Origin: Candidatus Latescibacterota bacterium
Lineage (GTDB): Bacteria > Latescibacterota > UBA2968 > GCA-2709665
Assembly: GCA_965116875.1 (NCBI GenBank)
Contig: OZ220733.1
Coordinates: 1,248,001 to 1,312,000 of the forward strand
Length of the DNA: 64,000 nt
Direction of reading: 5' to 3'
Shown here: in pieces, positions 9,402-18,448 of the stretch
How the letters are laid out: every line of letters begins with the position of its first letter
How positions within the stretch are numbered: the first letter of the stretch is position 1
Notes under the pieces: generated by a model
Seen by the model: the letters and a program-made list of their open reading frames with translations, nothing else
Databases searched by the model: none
What the model was told of the DNA's origin: nothing
Translations under genes and position numbers: made by a program

Positions 9402-10616
9402 ATGATCCCACGTGACCTGGCCCCCAGACTCAAAAAGGCCGCGGGAGCTTTTCCTGCCATTACGCTTACCGGTCCCCGGCAAAGCGGCAAGACGACGCTT
9501 TGCCGGACGATATTTCCCGAGCACAGGTATACAACACTCGAGTCTCCGGACGTTCGCGCCTTTGCGGTAGAAGATCCACGAGGCTTTCTGGCTCAATTTC
9601 CGTCTGGCGTCATCATCGACGAGGTACAGCGGGCCCCGGACCTGCTTTCCTACCTGCAGGGCATTATCGACGATGACCCGGCGCCCGGACGCTGGATCCT
9701 GACCGGCTCGCAGAACCTCGCACTGCTCGATTCGGTAAGCCAGTCGCTGGCAGGAAGGACCGCGGTATACTACCTGTTGACGCTTACCCGCGGGGAAGTC
9801 CAACGGTTCCCCCGGTTCCCCGACGGTCTGGAAGAATCCCTCTTTGCGGGATCATATCCCCGAATATTCAACGATGGTCTGGATCCGTCCGACTGGATCC
9901 GTTCCTATGTCGCCACCTATATCGAACGCGACGTACGGACGATCAGAAACGTGGGCGATCTTGGAACATTCCAGCGATTCGTGGAACTGTGCGCCGGCCG
10001 CACGGCTCAGTTACTCAATCTCTCCTCCCTGGCCGACGACTGCGGAATTTCCCAGCCAGGTGCAAGAGCCTGGCTCAGCATCCTGGAGACCAGCTTTATC
10101 ACCTTCAGACTACCGGCATTTCATGCCAACCTTCGCAAACGTCTCGTAAAAATGCCCAAGCTTCATTTTTTCGACACCGGGCTCGTCTGCTGGCTGCTCG
10201 GTATCCGCGACCCTGACCAGTTACGCAATCACCCGCTTCGCGGACCGATTTTCGAGACCTGGGTTGTATCGGAGATCGCAAAAAGCAGAACCAACCAGGG
10301 CGAAGTGGGCGGTATGTCGTTTTACCGGGACCGAAACGGCGCCGAGGCGGACCTCATCATCGAGTACCCGCGCAACATCGCGCTTGTCGAGGCCAAGTCG
10401 GCCACCACGGCGTCGTCCAGCCTGTTTGACAGCATCGGTCGTGTACAGAAACACCTCACCCGTTTACCCTTGCCAGGCTCCGTCTTCGTTGCATACGGCG
10501 GTCACGAACACCAGCGCCGGGCGCGGGGCAGCCTGATTCCGTGGCGGGACCTCCACGAAACGGCGTTTCAGATGAACCGATCAGAAGACGAGCCTGCGAA
10601 GACACGGATATATTAG
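9402..10616 (+). CDS. AAA_14 ATPase with DUF4143 domain
   Basis: GPRQSGKTT Walker A, IIDEVQ Walker B, LTGSQ, KRLVKMPKLHFFDTGL, FYRDRNGAEADL..VEAKS. Confidence 0.9.
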   Translation: MIPRDLAPRLKKAAGAFPAITLTGPRQSGKTTLCRTIFPEHRYTTLESPDVRAFAVEDPRGFLAQFPSGVIIDEVQRAPDLLSYLQGIIDDDPAPGRWILTGSQNLALLDSVSQSLAGRTAVYYLLTLTRGEVQRFPRFPDGLEESLFAGSYPRIFNDGLDPSDWIRSYVATYIERDVRTIRNVGDLGTFQRFVELCAGRTAQLLNLSSLADDCGISQPGARAWLSILETSFITFRLPAFHANLRKRLVKMPKLHFFDTGLVCWLLGIRDPDQLRNHPLRGPIFETWVVSEIAKSRTNQGEVGGMSFYRDRNGAEADLIIEYPRNIALVEAKSATTASSSLFDSIGRVQKHLTRLPLPGSVFVAYGGHEHQRRARGSLIPWRDLHETAFQMNRSEDEPAKTRIY

Positions 10617-10657
10617 GCTATTTCAATATGCAAATTTGAATTAGCCTAATATATCCG
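10605..10657. repeat. Long inverted repeat homologous to the site upstream of the DUF4143 gene
   Basis: CGGATATATTAGGCTA-TTTCAA-N9-TTGAAT-TAGCCTAATATATCCG (16-bp perfect arms); shares TTAGGCTATTTCAA and the spacing with 9344-9380. Confidence 0.8.
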
Positions 10658-10736
10658 GTTTGCAGCGCCTCAGAGCAGAGAATTTCAGATTCCGTCGCAG
10701 ACGCCCCTTGATTGGATTGAGAACAGGAAAGGCGCT

Positions 10737-12005
10737 ATGGATCTGAACCGGGTGGTATCGGATCTGGAGATCGAAGAAAGCCGCAAGATCCTCGAGCCTT
10801 CGTGGGAGATCTCCCGGCGCGCCGTGCCGGACGGGGAGGTCCCCTTTCTGTCACCGGACTTCGTGAGAGAGGCCTGCCGGGGGATTTACCTCCCGGAAGA
10901 CATCGTGCAGGCCTCGGTTGTGGCGGCAGACCTGGTGGCGAAGAACTGCGCACTGCGGGCTCTGGCGTGGCACTGCCACTGGTGTCTTTACGGCGTGGAA
11001 GGATATCCGAGCCGCCTGGCGGACGACTGGCCCTGCATGAAGGTCCCGATGGGAGAACTGGCCGGACTCTTCTACCTGCTGGTACTCCTGTCGCGGTTTC
11101 CTGAAATGCGATCGGTACACCGGGCGCACGGGATTCCCGAACGGGTCGTACGGGACAGCATGGAACAGATTTACCTCAGAGGCGAAACCTGCAGCGAAAT
11201 CTACGGCAGGTGGGGCCTGGACGGACACGCGGCCCGTTGGCTGGCCAACTTCCTCCGCGGCGAGATCTACGCCCTGGGCCGCCTTGAACACCAGTTCAAT
11301 GTGATGAACGACCCGTTTCGCGTCTATCGTCACAGGGAGTCGTCCATGGTCGTCGCTCTGAGCGAAGCCGGCGTTACCTATCGCCCTGACGGCCAGCGGC
11401 ACAGAGGCGGAGATGCGCTGCCGGTCTGGACCTCCCGGCTCCTGGTGACAGGGGAAAGGATTGCCGGGCATCCCATCCTTCCCACGGGCCGGGCCTGCGA
11501 AGAAATGGTGACGCTTGCCGCGGCCGATTGGGTTTGTGTGCTGGGACCGGGAGATCCTGTTCTGTATTTTCATATTCCCGGCGGCATACCGCTTGATCAC
11601 GCCGCTTGCGGGGACTCCTTCCGCGCCGCGATGGAATTTTTCCCCCGCCATTTTCCCGAACGTCCGTACCGCGCGTTCTTCTGCGGTTCCTGGCTGCTGG
11701 ATACGCAACTGGAAGACTGGCTTCCGTCCGGATCGAATCTGGTTCGTTTCCTGCGGGAGTTCTACATGGTTCCCGGCGGCATCTCGGCACGGTCGATCCT
11801 GCAGACGGTGTTCGGGAACGCGGCGGATGACCTGAGCAAGGCCCCCGGCGACACGTCGCTCCAGCGCGCAATTCTGGAACATGCGTCCGCGGGCAGGCCG
11901 ATCGATCCCCGCGCGGGCAAATGCTTTCTGTTCCCCGAAGACCTGGATTGGGGACGACAGGTCTACCGGACGTCGAAGTTTCCATGGTATCTGGTCGGTT
12001 GTTGA
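10737..12005 (+). CDS. N-acyltransferase (DUF5596 / NAT_N + GNAT_C type, teicoplanin Orf11*-like)
   Basis: YALGRLEHQ, LYFHIPGGIPLD, AMEFFPRHFPE, FFCGSWLLD, SNLVRF, TSLQRAI motifs. Confidence 0.75.
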   Translation: MDLNRVVSDLEIEESRKILEPSWEISRRAVPDGEVPFLSPDFVREACRGIYLPEDIVQASVVAADLVAKNCALRALAWHCHWCLYGVEGYPSRLADDWPCMKVPMGELAGLFYLLVLLSRFPEMRSVHRAHGIPERVVRDSMEQIYLRGETCSEIYGRWGLDGHAARWLANFLRGEIYALGRLEHQFNVMNDPFRVYRHRESSMVVALSEAGVTYRPDGQRHRGGDALPVWTSRLLVTGERIAGHPILPTGRACEEMVTLAAADWVCVLGPGDPVLYFHIPGGIPLDHAACGDSFRAAMEFFPRHFPERPYRAFFCGSWLLDTQLEDWLPSGSNLVRFLREFYMVPGGISARSILQTVFGNAADDLSKAPGDTSLQRAILEHASAGRPIDPRAGKCFLFPEDLDWGRQVYRTSKFPWYLVGC

Positions 12006-12027
12006 TTGGAAACACAAGGAGGTCGAC

Positions 12028-13158
12028 ATGGAGCGGTTCGGAAAGCTGGAGCTGGACTACCTGGCGGAAGTGATCGCCAGCGGGTCGCTGAACAGCAAGA
12101 CCGGGAAATTCACGACCCGGCTGGAGGAGCGATTCGCTGCGTGGGTGGGGGCGGAATACGCTTTGGCAATGAACAGTGCGATGAGTGTGCTGCACACGGC
12201 CGTGGCCGCGGCCGGCGTTGGACCGGGCGTGGAAGTCGTCTGCGATCCCGTGGTCCACTTCGGCGGCGCAGCGGTGATGTATCACAACGGGGTGCCTGTA
12301 TTCTGCGACATCGATGAGGACAGCTGGAATATGGATCCCGATTCGCTCGAGGCGTGCATCACGGAACACACGGGCGCCGTCATCTGCACGCCGATGTGGG
12401 GAAACCCGCCGGATTACGAGGGGATTCTCCGGGTGGCGAACAGATATGGACTCCCTGTGATCGAAGACGTGGCGCACGGCGTCGGGGGTTCGTACAGAGG
12501 CAGGCCCCTGGGAACGCTGGGGTCGATCGGTTCATTCAGTTTTCAGGAGGCCAAGCACCTCACCAGCGGAGACGGCGGCATGGCGGTAACCGACCGGGCC
12601 GACCTGGTCGAAAAAATGTTGGAAATGAGGATCATCAAAACGACCCTGGGTTGGAATTACCGAATGACGGAACTGCAGGCCGGGGTGATGCTGGCGCAGA
12701 TGGACAGGGCCGACGGGATCATTTCGGCGCACCACAAGGCGGGGGCGCTCTACTGCGAAGCCGCAAGGGAGGCGCCATGGCTGGTGCCGCAGCGTGTGCC
12801 GGACGGGTGCGTCAACGCCTGCCACGCGGTCGCGTTCCGGTTCGAAGGCGACCGCGAGGGGATATCGGTGGAGCGTTTTCAAAAGACCATGGTCGAACAC
12901 GGATGTCCGGTCTCGATCGGATACAAGAGACGCTCCGCCGCCGAAGATCCGATCTTCACGGAGGTCCTGGCGTACGGCAAAGGGTGCCCCATCCGTTGCC
13001 CCCATTACGCGGGCAGCGCACGCTACGGAAAGGGAGTGACCCCGGTGGCCGATCGCGCGGTGCCCCGCATGGTCGTGATGCCAATGGACGTGTATACACC
13101 CGGAAAGACCGAGGAGTACGCGGAACGGATCCAGGCGGGGTTGCGCGCACTTGCGTGA
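12028..13158 (+). CDS. DegT/DnrJ/EryC1/StrS family PLP-dependent aminotransferase
   Basis: RBS AAGGAGG; PVFCDID, VIEDVAH, FSFQEAKHLTSGDGG (PLP Lys), GWNYRMTELQAG. Confidence 0.9.
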   Translation: MERFGKLELDYLAEVIASGSLNSKTGKFTTRLEERFAAWVGAEYALAMNSAMSVLHTAVAAAGVGPGVEVVCDPVVHFGGAAVMYHNGVPVFCDIDEDSWNMDPDSLEACITEHTGAVICTPMWGNPPDYEGILRVANRYGLPVIEDVAHGVGGSYRGRPLGTLGSIGSFSFQEAKHLTSGDGGMAVTDRADLVEKMLEMRIIKTTLGWNYRMTELQAGVMLAQMDRADGIISAHHKAGALYCEAAREAPWLVPQRVPDGCVNACHAVAFRFEGDREGISVERFQKTMVEHGCPVSIGYKRRSAAEDPIFTEVLAYGKGCPIRCPHYAGSARYGKGVTPVADRAVPRMVVMPMDVYTPGKTEEYAERIQAGLRALA

Positions 13159-13190
13159 TCGATGGGCGAGGAGGGATAGAACGGCGGGGT

Positions 13191-14051
13191 TCAGTGCCCG
13201 TGCTGCGCTTCCGTACCATGAACGGCGCTGGATTCAACGAAGTAAAGGGCGTAGGCGAGACCGATTCCCACGAGAAGGGATGCGATGAGTTTGCCGCGAT
13301 CATGGCTGTGGAAGTGGATCTCGGGAAGCAGATCGCTCAGCGCGATGCACAGAAACGCGCCCGCGGCAAACGCAAGCACGTAGCCGATAACCGAGCCGTC
13401 GTCCAGGCCGAGCAGCCCCAGGCCCCAGAAACTGGCGAGAGCCACCAGCGGGCACAGCATGGCGAACGCGAAATTGGCCGCCGCACGCGCGCGCGCGCTG
13501 AATCCCCCGAACTTCATCATGCCGATGATGGAGTACGCATCGAGCGGCTTGTGAAGGAGGATTGCGAGGAAGACGCCGAGGGCGGGCAGCGCGCCACCGT
13601 CTTCATGCGGCGAACTGATCCGCATGCTGGTGCCCAGTGCGACGCCTTCGGTGATGGTATGCACGCCCAGGCCCATGGCAACCCCTACCAGGCTGCCCGA
13701 ATGTCCGATGGAGCCACCGTGGTCGTGATGTTCGTGCAGTTCGCCGGCTTCATCGCTGAAGTCGTGCTGATGGAAGTGGAACACGCGTAGCAGGAAGATC
13801 ATCAGGACCATGCCGAAAACCACCCACGCGACGGCTTTCTCCACGTTTCCCGGTCCGGTAATCCGTTCGAGACTGTGCGGCAAGAGGTGGTACATGGCGA
13901 TGCCGAGGATAAAACCCGCCACGAGGCTCATCAGTATCTGGATTTTCGTGTGGGTCATGGATCCCAGGACGGCCAGTTTCCCGCCGGCAAAGGAAACGGC
14001 AAAGATTCCCAGTGAATATCCCGATATGATGAGCAAACTGTCTGAATCCAC
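13191..14051 (-). CDS. ZIP (ZupT-like) divalent metal transporter
   Basis: Multi-TM; His-rich loop HFHQHD...HEHHDH; HTITEGVALG, AILLHKPLD, DLLPEIHFHSHD; probable GTG start at 14051. Confidence 0.88.
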   Translation of the reverse strand: MDSDSLLIISGYSLGIFAVSFAGGKLAVLGSMTHTKIQILMSLVAGFILGIAMYHLLPHSLERITGPGNVEKAVAWVVFGMVLMIFLLRVFHFHQHDFSDEAGELHEHHDHGGSIGHSGSLVGVAMGLGVHTITEGVALGTSMRISSPHEDGGALPALGVFLAILLHKPLDAYSIIGMMKFGGFSARARAAANFAFAMLCPLVALASFWGLGLLGLDDGSVIGYVLAFAAGAFLCIALSDLLPEIHFHSHDRGKLIASLLVGIGLAYALYFVESSAVHGTEAQHGH

Positions 14052-14089
14052 GATGACCTGACCTTGCGTTGACTTCGATTGATTTCCAG

Positions 14090-14206
14090 TTCGGCGCCCG
14101 CGGACGAAGGTACCCAACGGGTCCGCCGGTCGTGACGATTTCCATGCGAGACACAGCTTCCGAAGCGTCCGTGTGAATCCTCGCAGTGGTCGACCAAGGC
14201 GCCGAA
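14090..14206 (-). other. Candidate structured RNA element upstream of the ZIP gene
   Basis: 9-bp closing stem (14090-14098/14198-14206) enclosing a GCGGAC/GTCCGC hairpin and a long interrupted hairpin. Confidence 0.35.
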
Positions 14207-14222
14207 TCACCGGAATTTTTCA

Positions 14223-14261
14223 GGGGCAACCCTCACTTCCGGCGCCGGGTTGCCCCCTTTT
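14223..14261. terminator. Stem-loop between the membrane-protein gene and the ZIP leader
   Basis: GGGGCAACCC/GGGTTGCCCC 10-bp stem; the T-run is on the + strand side, so it is weak as a terminator for the minus-strand operon. Confidence 0.35.
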
Positions 14262-14290
14262 GTCATTTGCCCGTATCGAACCGTTGCGAC

Positions 14291-14779
14291 TCAGAAGAAC
14301 AGCATCAGGAGCAGGATACTGCTCATCCCGCCCAGCATAAACCCGCCTATGCTGACCGCGCCGGAAACCAATGAATAGTCGGCGATACGAAACGTCTGTT
14401 CGCCCAACGTAAAGAGCACCTGGGTCCGATTGATTTCCCTATCCGCGAAATGTTTCAATGCCTCTTCGGCGCTGTGCGCCTCCTTGACAGAGACCATCGC
14501 GACAAGAATCATCGTGATCGCGGACGCCAGGGTCCCGGTTGCAAATACGAGCAACGTCGCCAGCGCAAGCCAGTGATAGGCCGCGTCTTCGACTCCGGAG
14601 GGCGAACTCATGAATCCGATGATCAATGCCGCGCCGCCCGCATTGCCCAAAAGCAGCAGGCGGGCAGACTCCGTAATCAGCCTGAACATCGTGCCGCGCC
14701 GCATATGGACGACCTTGTAGAGTTCCCGCAGCCACTCTTCGCCGATTTCTTCGGCCGAAAATTCATCCACCTTTTTCAA
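14291..14779 (-). CDS. Hypothetical membrane protein (about 3 TM)
   Basis: TTG start 3 nt after SBP stop with GGAGGAG RBS; hydrophobic LLLLGNAGGAALIIGF and two more TM segments. Confidence 0.7.
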   Translation of the reverse strand: MKKVDEFSAEEIGEEWLRELYKVVHMRRGTMFRLITESARLLLLGNAGGAALIIGFMSSPSGVEDAAYHWLALATLLVFATGTLASAITMILVAMVSVKEAHSAEEALKHFADREINRTQVLFTLGEQTFRIADYSLVSGAVSIGGFMLGGMSSILLLMLFF

Positions 14780-14782
14780 CGG

Positions 14783-15937
14783 TCATTCTCCTCCGAGATC
14801 GATCAATCTGACGTATCGGGAACCGGTGTTGGTTCCAGGTCCGAAGGCGAGGGTCCAATCGTCAATCGCTATCGGTCCGGACGTCAATGCCTGTTGCAGG
14901 AAATGCTCCCGCGTCAACGTCTCGCCCATGCGGTTCAGCACCTCGATGACGAAACGGCCCAGAATGTATCCCTCGAGGGACACCTCGTTGACGCCATACT
15001 CCCCGTCGTCCGCGCGGCTTGCAGAGTCCGTGGCCGCCATGGCCCGGTGAAAGCTCCTGACCACCCGCATGCCAGTGTCGTCCGCATCCGGCATCACCTC
15101 GGAAACCAGAATTCTGTTGCTCGGCGCTTCGATCCTCTTCTTCAACTCGTAGGACAGAACGAACGACAGATTGGCCATAATGTATCTGTGGCCGAGAGAG
15201 TGCGCCAGGTTGATTATTTCAGAATTGGACGCATACGCGCCGACGATCATGATGGCCTCAAGGTCGGCCTTGGCCAGGCCGAACAGGCTGGCCTGGACGG
15301 CGTGTGTGTTTCGAGAGAATGCGGTCTTCGCCAGAATGGGGATTCCTTTTCCGTCGAGAACCGACTTGTAGTTCTTCAGGACGGAACGACCGAACGCGTC
15401 GTCCTGATAGATGATGCCGAACCGCTTCTTGCCGCGCTTCCTCAGAATGTGATTTACCAGTACGCGGGTCTCGTCCAGATAGCCCGCTCTGAGGTTGATG
15501 ACGTTTGGAAACCGTCTGGCATTGCGCAGGAAGGCGGCGCCGGTAAAGGGGCCCACGAAGGGTATTTTTGCAGATTTCAATACCGGCGCGATGCGTTTCG
15601 CCGTGGGCGTACCCACGCCGCCGATAACGGCAAAAACGTCGTCCCCGGAAGCGAATCGCTCCGCGTTGGCGGCCGCCAGTTCAGGCTCGTAGGCATCGTC
15701 CAGAGAAATAAGCCTGAGCGCCCTGCCGTTGACGCCGCCCCCGCGGTTCACTTCGAAAAAGGCCGCACGAATACCGGCCCGGTAGTTGAATCCCAACTGT
15801 CTGTTCGGCCCGGAGAAACACGCGCTCTGGCCGAAGACAATCGTCGTATCGATGACACCTTGCGCCGCCTGGGACGTCGCGACCGGCAGCAGGGCGAGCC
15901 AGAATACCCATAGCCCACTGACGATGTGTGCCGCCAT
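14783..15937 (-). CDS. Type I periplasmic solute-binding protein (LivJ/Peripla_BP_6 family)
   Basis: Signal peptide; FGQSACFSGP, NRGGGVNGR, LDDAYEP, GGVGTPTA, PFTGA, IYQDDAFG. Confidence 0.85.
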   Translation of the reverse strand: MAAHIVSGLWVFWLALLPVATSQAAQGVIDTTIVFGQSACFSGPNRQLGFNYRAGIRAAFFEVNRGGGVNGRALRLISLDDAYEPELAAANAERFASGDDVFAVIGGVGTPTAKRIAPVLKSAKIPFVGPFTGAAFLRNARRFPNVINLRAGYLDETRVLVNHILRKRGKKRFGIIYQDDAFGRSVLKNYKSVLDGKGIPILAKTAFSRNTHAVQASLFGLAKADLEAIMIVGAYASNSEIINLAHSLGHRYIMANLSFVLSYELKKRIEAPSNRILVSEVMPDADDTGMRVVRSFHRAMAATDSASRADDGEYGVNEVSLEGYILGRFVIEVLNRMGETLTREHFLQQALTSGPIAIDDWTLAFGPGTNTGSRYVRLIDLGGE

Positions 15938-15967
15938 TCGCTACCCTCTTCCCGAGGCGTGCCACAT

Positions 15968-17398
15968 TTACTTCGACGTGGCGCCACCCTCCCCCTTCTT
16001 TGCCGGCTTGCCGGCAGCTACGTCCTGCTTCTCCTGATTGGCGGCGGCCGTCGCTTTCTTGCCCTTCCTGGGGCCGACCTTCGTTTTCTTCACGGATTTG
16101 ACGCCGGGCGTTGCCTGCGTCGTCGACCTGGCATCCTCCTCTGGGAGTACCTCCACCATCGGCTTTTCCTGCTCCTGCCGGCTGAACCGTTTGCCGCGCA
16201 CAACGTGGCTGTGGGAGAATATCGAAGGTGTGTCGAAGATGAGCGACCGGGGGTTGGCCACGTCCAGGTGATCGCGTTCCGCGCGCACTCTGTGGAATTG
16301 GCCGTCGAACGTGAGTCTGTCCTCATCGACGTTTTCAATCCTATGTATATCGGGCATTTGCGTTGAAGATAACGCCATCCTGCCGTCCGCACGGCCGGTC
16401 CCGGAAGGTTGCTTCCCCAGGGCCAGATCGGCCGGCGTGAAACCCTCGCCCGCGCCGTCAATCATGTTAATGTCGATGGACGACTGATTGGCCGGGTTGA
16501 CCGCCGCCAGGCTCGCCTCGGAGAAGATCTTCCGCATTCGGTCCCAATAGCGCGTGATACGTACGTGCGAAGGCATTTTCCTGTATTCGCCCAGCAGTGC
16601 GGTGAACGCCCCCGCGCTGCTCTTCGCCTGCACGACCCGTTCAGACGCCCTGGCCTTTGCTTCCAATACCAGCGCCTCCGCCTGTCCACGGCTGCGCGCG
16701 ATCAGCTGCTCCTTCTGTCGATTTGCGTCGCTTACCGCCTTCGCGCGCTCCGCGAACGCATCGCTGACGTCCCGGAACGCGGCGATGGTTTCTTCGATGG
16801 GTCGCACGTCGACGATGTCGAGCGATATGAGCTCTATCCCGATGTCGCGGTTCTCAAGCCATGCGGTAATCCTGTCGAACAGCCTGCTCTGGATTATGTT
16901 TCGATTGGAGGTGAGAATCAGATCGATGAAGTTCTCACCCAGGACGTCGATAAGCTCTTCCCTGGTGTAAACGGTCAGCATCGCGATGGGATCGCTGGAG
17001 ACAAACAGGAAATTTCCGAGATTATCGATCCGGTACTGAAGCGCGACGTCCACCTCAAGCAGATTCACGTCCCCGGACAATAGGGTAAAATTAACTTTGC
17101 TGCCTTCCCTGCTGGATACCTGGTATCGAATAACCCGCTTGACCTTGCGGATGTGTACCTTGTCGATGATCGGAATGCAATAGCGAATTCCCGGGCGGAC
17201 GTTGGCTTTCACGACTCTGCCGAACCGCAGGACGACGCCGAGTTCTTCCTTCTTCACAATGTACAGTCCGCTGGCCAGAATGCAGACGACAACCGCGGCA
17301 GCGGTCCAGACGATGATTCGCCGCCGGTGTTTCGAGCAATAATCGAATATGGTGTAGATGATCCGCGTACTCCGCGGCAATGACGACTGTTCGCTCAT
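15968..17398 (-). CDS. HflK-like SPFH/Band-7 protein with long C-terminal extension
   Basis: N-terminal TM, GVVLRFGRV, LLSGDVNLLEV, AFRDVSDA, ARSRGQAE coiled coil; Lys-rich tail. Confidence 0.85.
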   Translation of the reverse strand: MSEQSSLPRSTRIIYTIFDYCSKHRRRIIVWTAAAVVVCILASGLYIVKKEELGVVLRFGRVVKANVRPGIRYCIPIIDKVHIRKVKRVIRYQVSSREGSKVNFTLLSGDVNLLEVDVALQYRIDNLGNFLFVSSDPIAMLTVYTREELIDVLGENFIDLILTSNRNIIQSRLFDRITAWLENRDIGIELISLDIVDVRPIEETIAAFRDVSDAFAERAKAVSDANRQKEQLIARSRGQAEALVLEAKARASERVVQAKSSAGAFTALLGEYRKMPSHVRITRYWDRMRKIFSEASLAAVNPANQSSIDINMIDGAGEGFTPADLALGKQPSGTGRADGRMALSSTQMPDIHRIENVDEDRLTFDGQFHRVRAERDHLDVANPRSLIFDTPSIFSHSHVVRGKRFSRQEQEKPMVEVLPEEDARSTTQATPGVKSVKKTKVGPRKGKKATAAANQEKQDVAAGKPAKKGEGGATSK

Positions 17399-17416
17399 TT
17401 CGACCGGTCTCTGGAT

Positions 17417-18307
17417 TTATCGTGGAGTGGTTCTGCTGTTGAGGTACTTGAACAACTCATTGTCGGCCGGCAGCATCAACGTGGTGTTCCGGTCGATAAT
17501 CAGGTCATAGCTGTCCAGGGCGCGGATGAAGCTGTAGAATCCCGGGTCCTGCCGGTATGCCTTGCCCAGCACCGCCATCGCCTCCGCCTCGGCCTTGCCG
17601 AGGATGGCGGTGGCCTCCGCATGCGCGTCGGCCAGCAGCTTTTCGTGTTCGTTAATGGCCAGGGCCTCGATTCGAAGGGCCATTTCCTCTCCCTCGCTGC
17701 GGTATCGGGCGGCAATGCGGGCGCGTTCCGCGATCATGCGCTGAATGACGCTGGGACGGTTCTCACTCGGCAGGGTGTATTCGACGATTCCCGCCTCGAT
17801 GACCTCGATGCCGTAGCTTTCTCTGGCAATTGGCGCGATTCTGGCGTGTATTTCACGCGAAGCCTCGTTCAGGTCTTCGTGTTCCAGGCCCAGCCCGATA
17901 AAGGCGTCCAGGGCCTTGTTGCTGATGATGATCCCGCTGCTGGACAGATAGAGGTCCTGCAAGCGCTCAACGGCGTTCTTCCCGGTGCGTATCGCCTCGA
18001 CGAACAGAATGGGGTCCACCGTCCGCCACAGCAGGTACCCGTCGACGCGCACGCTTTTCTGATCGTCGGTAATCAACTCGTGAGGCATGTCGGTCAGCGT
18101 ATGAATACGCCGGTCCACCTTGTAAATCCTGGAGATGGGACGGGGCCACTTCAGATGCAATCCCGGTTGTCTGACCGGCGGCGAAATCCTGCCGAAGTGC
18201 GTCAGTACGCCCTGCTGGGTCTCGTGGATAATGTAGATGCTGTCGTAGACGATTGCGCCGGCAAGCACGGCGATGGCCGCCGTAATCGTGGCTTTCTTGA
18301 GCGTCAT
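17417..18307 (-). CDS. HflC-like SPFH/Band-7 protein
   Basis: N-terminal TM, PGLHLKWP, ITDDQK, RMIAERARIAARYRSEGEE, DPGFYSFIRALDSY. Confidence 0.88.
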   Translation of the reverse strand: MTLKKATITAAIAVLAGAIVYDSIYIIHETQQGVLTHFGRISPPVRQPGLHLKWPRPISRIYKVDRRIHTLTDMPHELITDDQKSVRVDGYLLWRTVDPILFVEAIRTGKNAVERLQDLYLSSSGIIISNKALDAFIGLGLEHEDLNEASREIHARIAPIARESYGIEVIEAGIVEYTLPSENRPSVIQRMIAERARIAARYRSEGEEMALRIEALAINEHEKLLADAHAEATAILGKAEAEAMAVLGKAYRQDPGFYSFIRALDSYDLIIDRNTTLMLPADNELFKYLNSRTTPR

Positions 18308-18448
18308 TGCCTTTCCCCGTAAGTGAGGGCGTGCAGGTTGCGCGTGTGAGATCGACCCGCCGACCCGGTGCGGTTCTGGTTTACCGGTCGCCAACCGAAT
18401 GGCGTGGAATCCGGGGCTCCATCCCGTAGTTGGATTGCATACATGAAA

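Noticed and set aside
14450-15913. Long antisense or shifted ORFs (e.g. 14450-15913, 18368-19600, 40079-41572, 54267-55778, 12354-13790)
   Set aside because: Shadow frames of well-supported genes, expected in GC-rich DNA; no motifs
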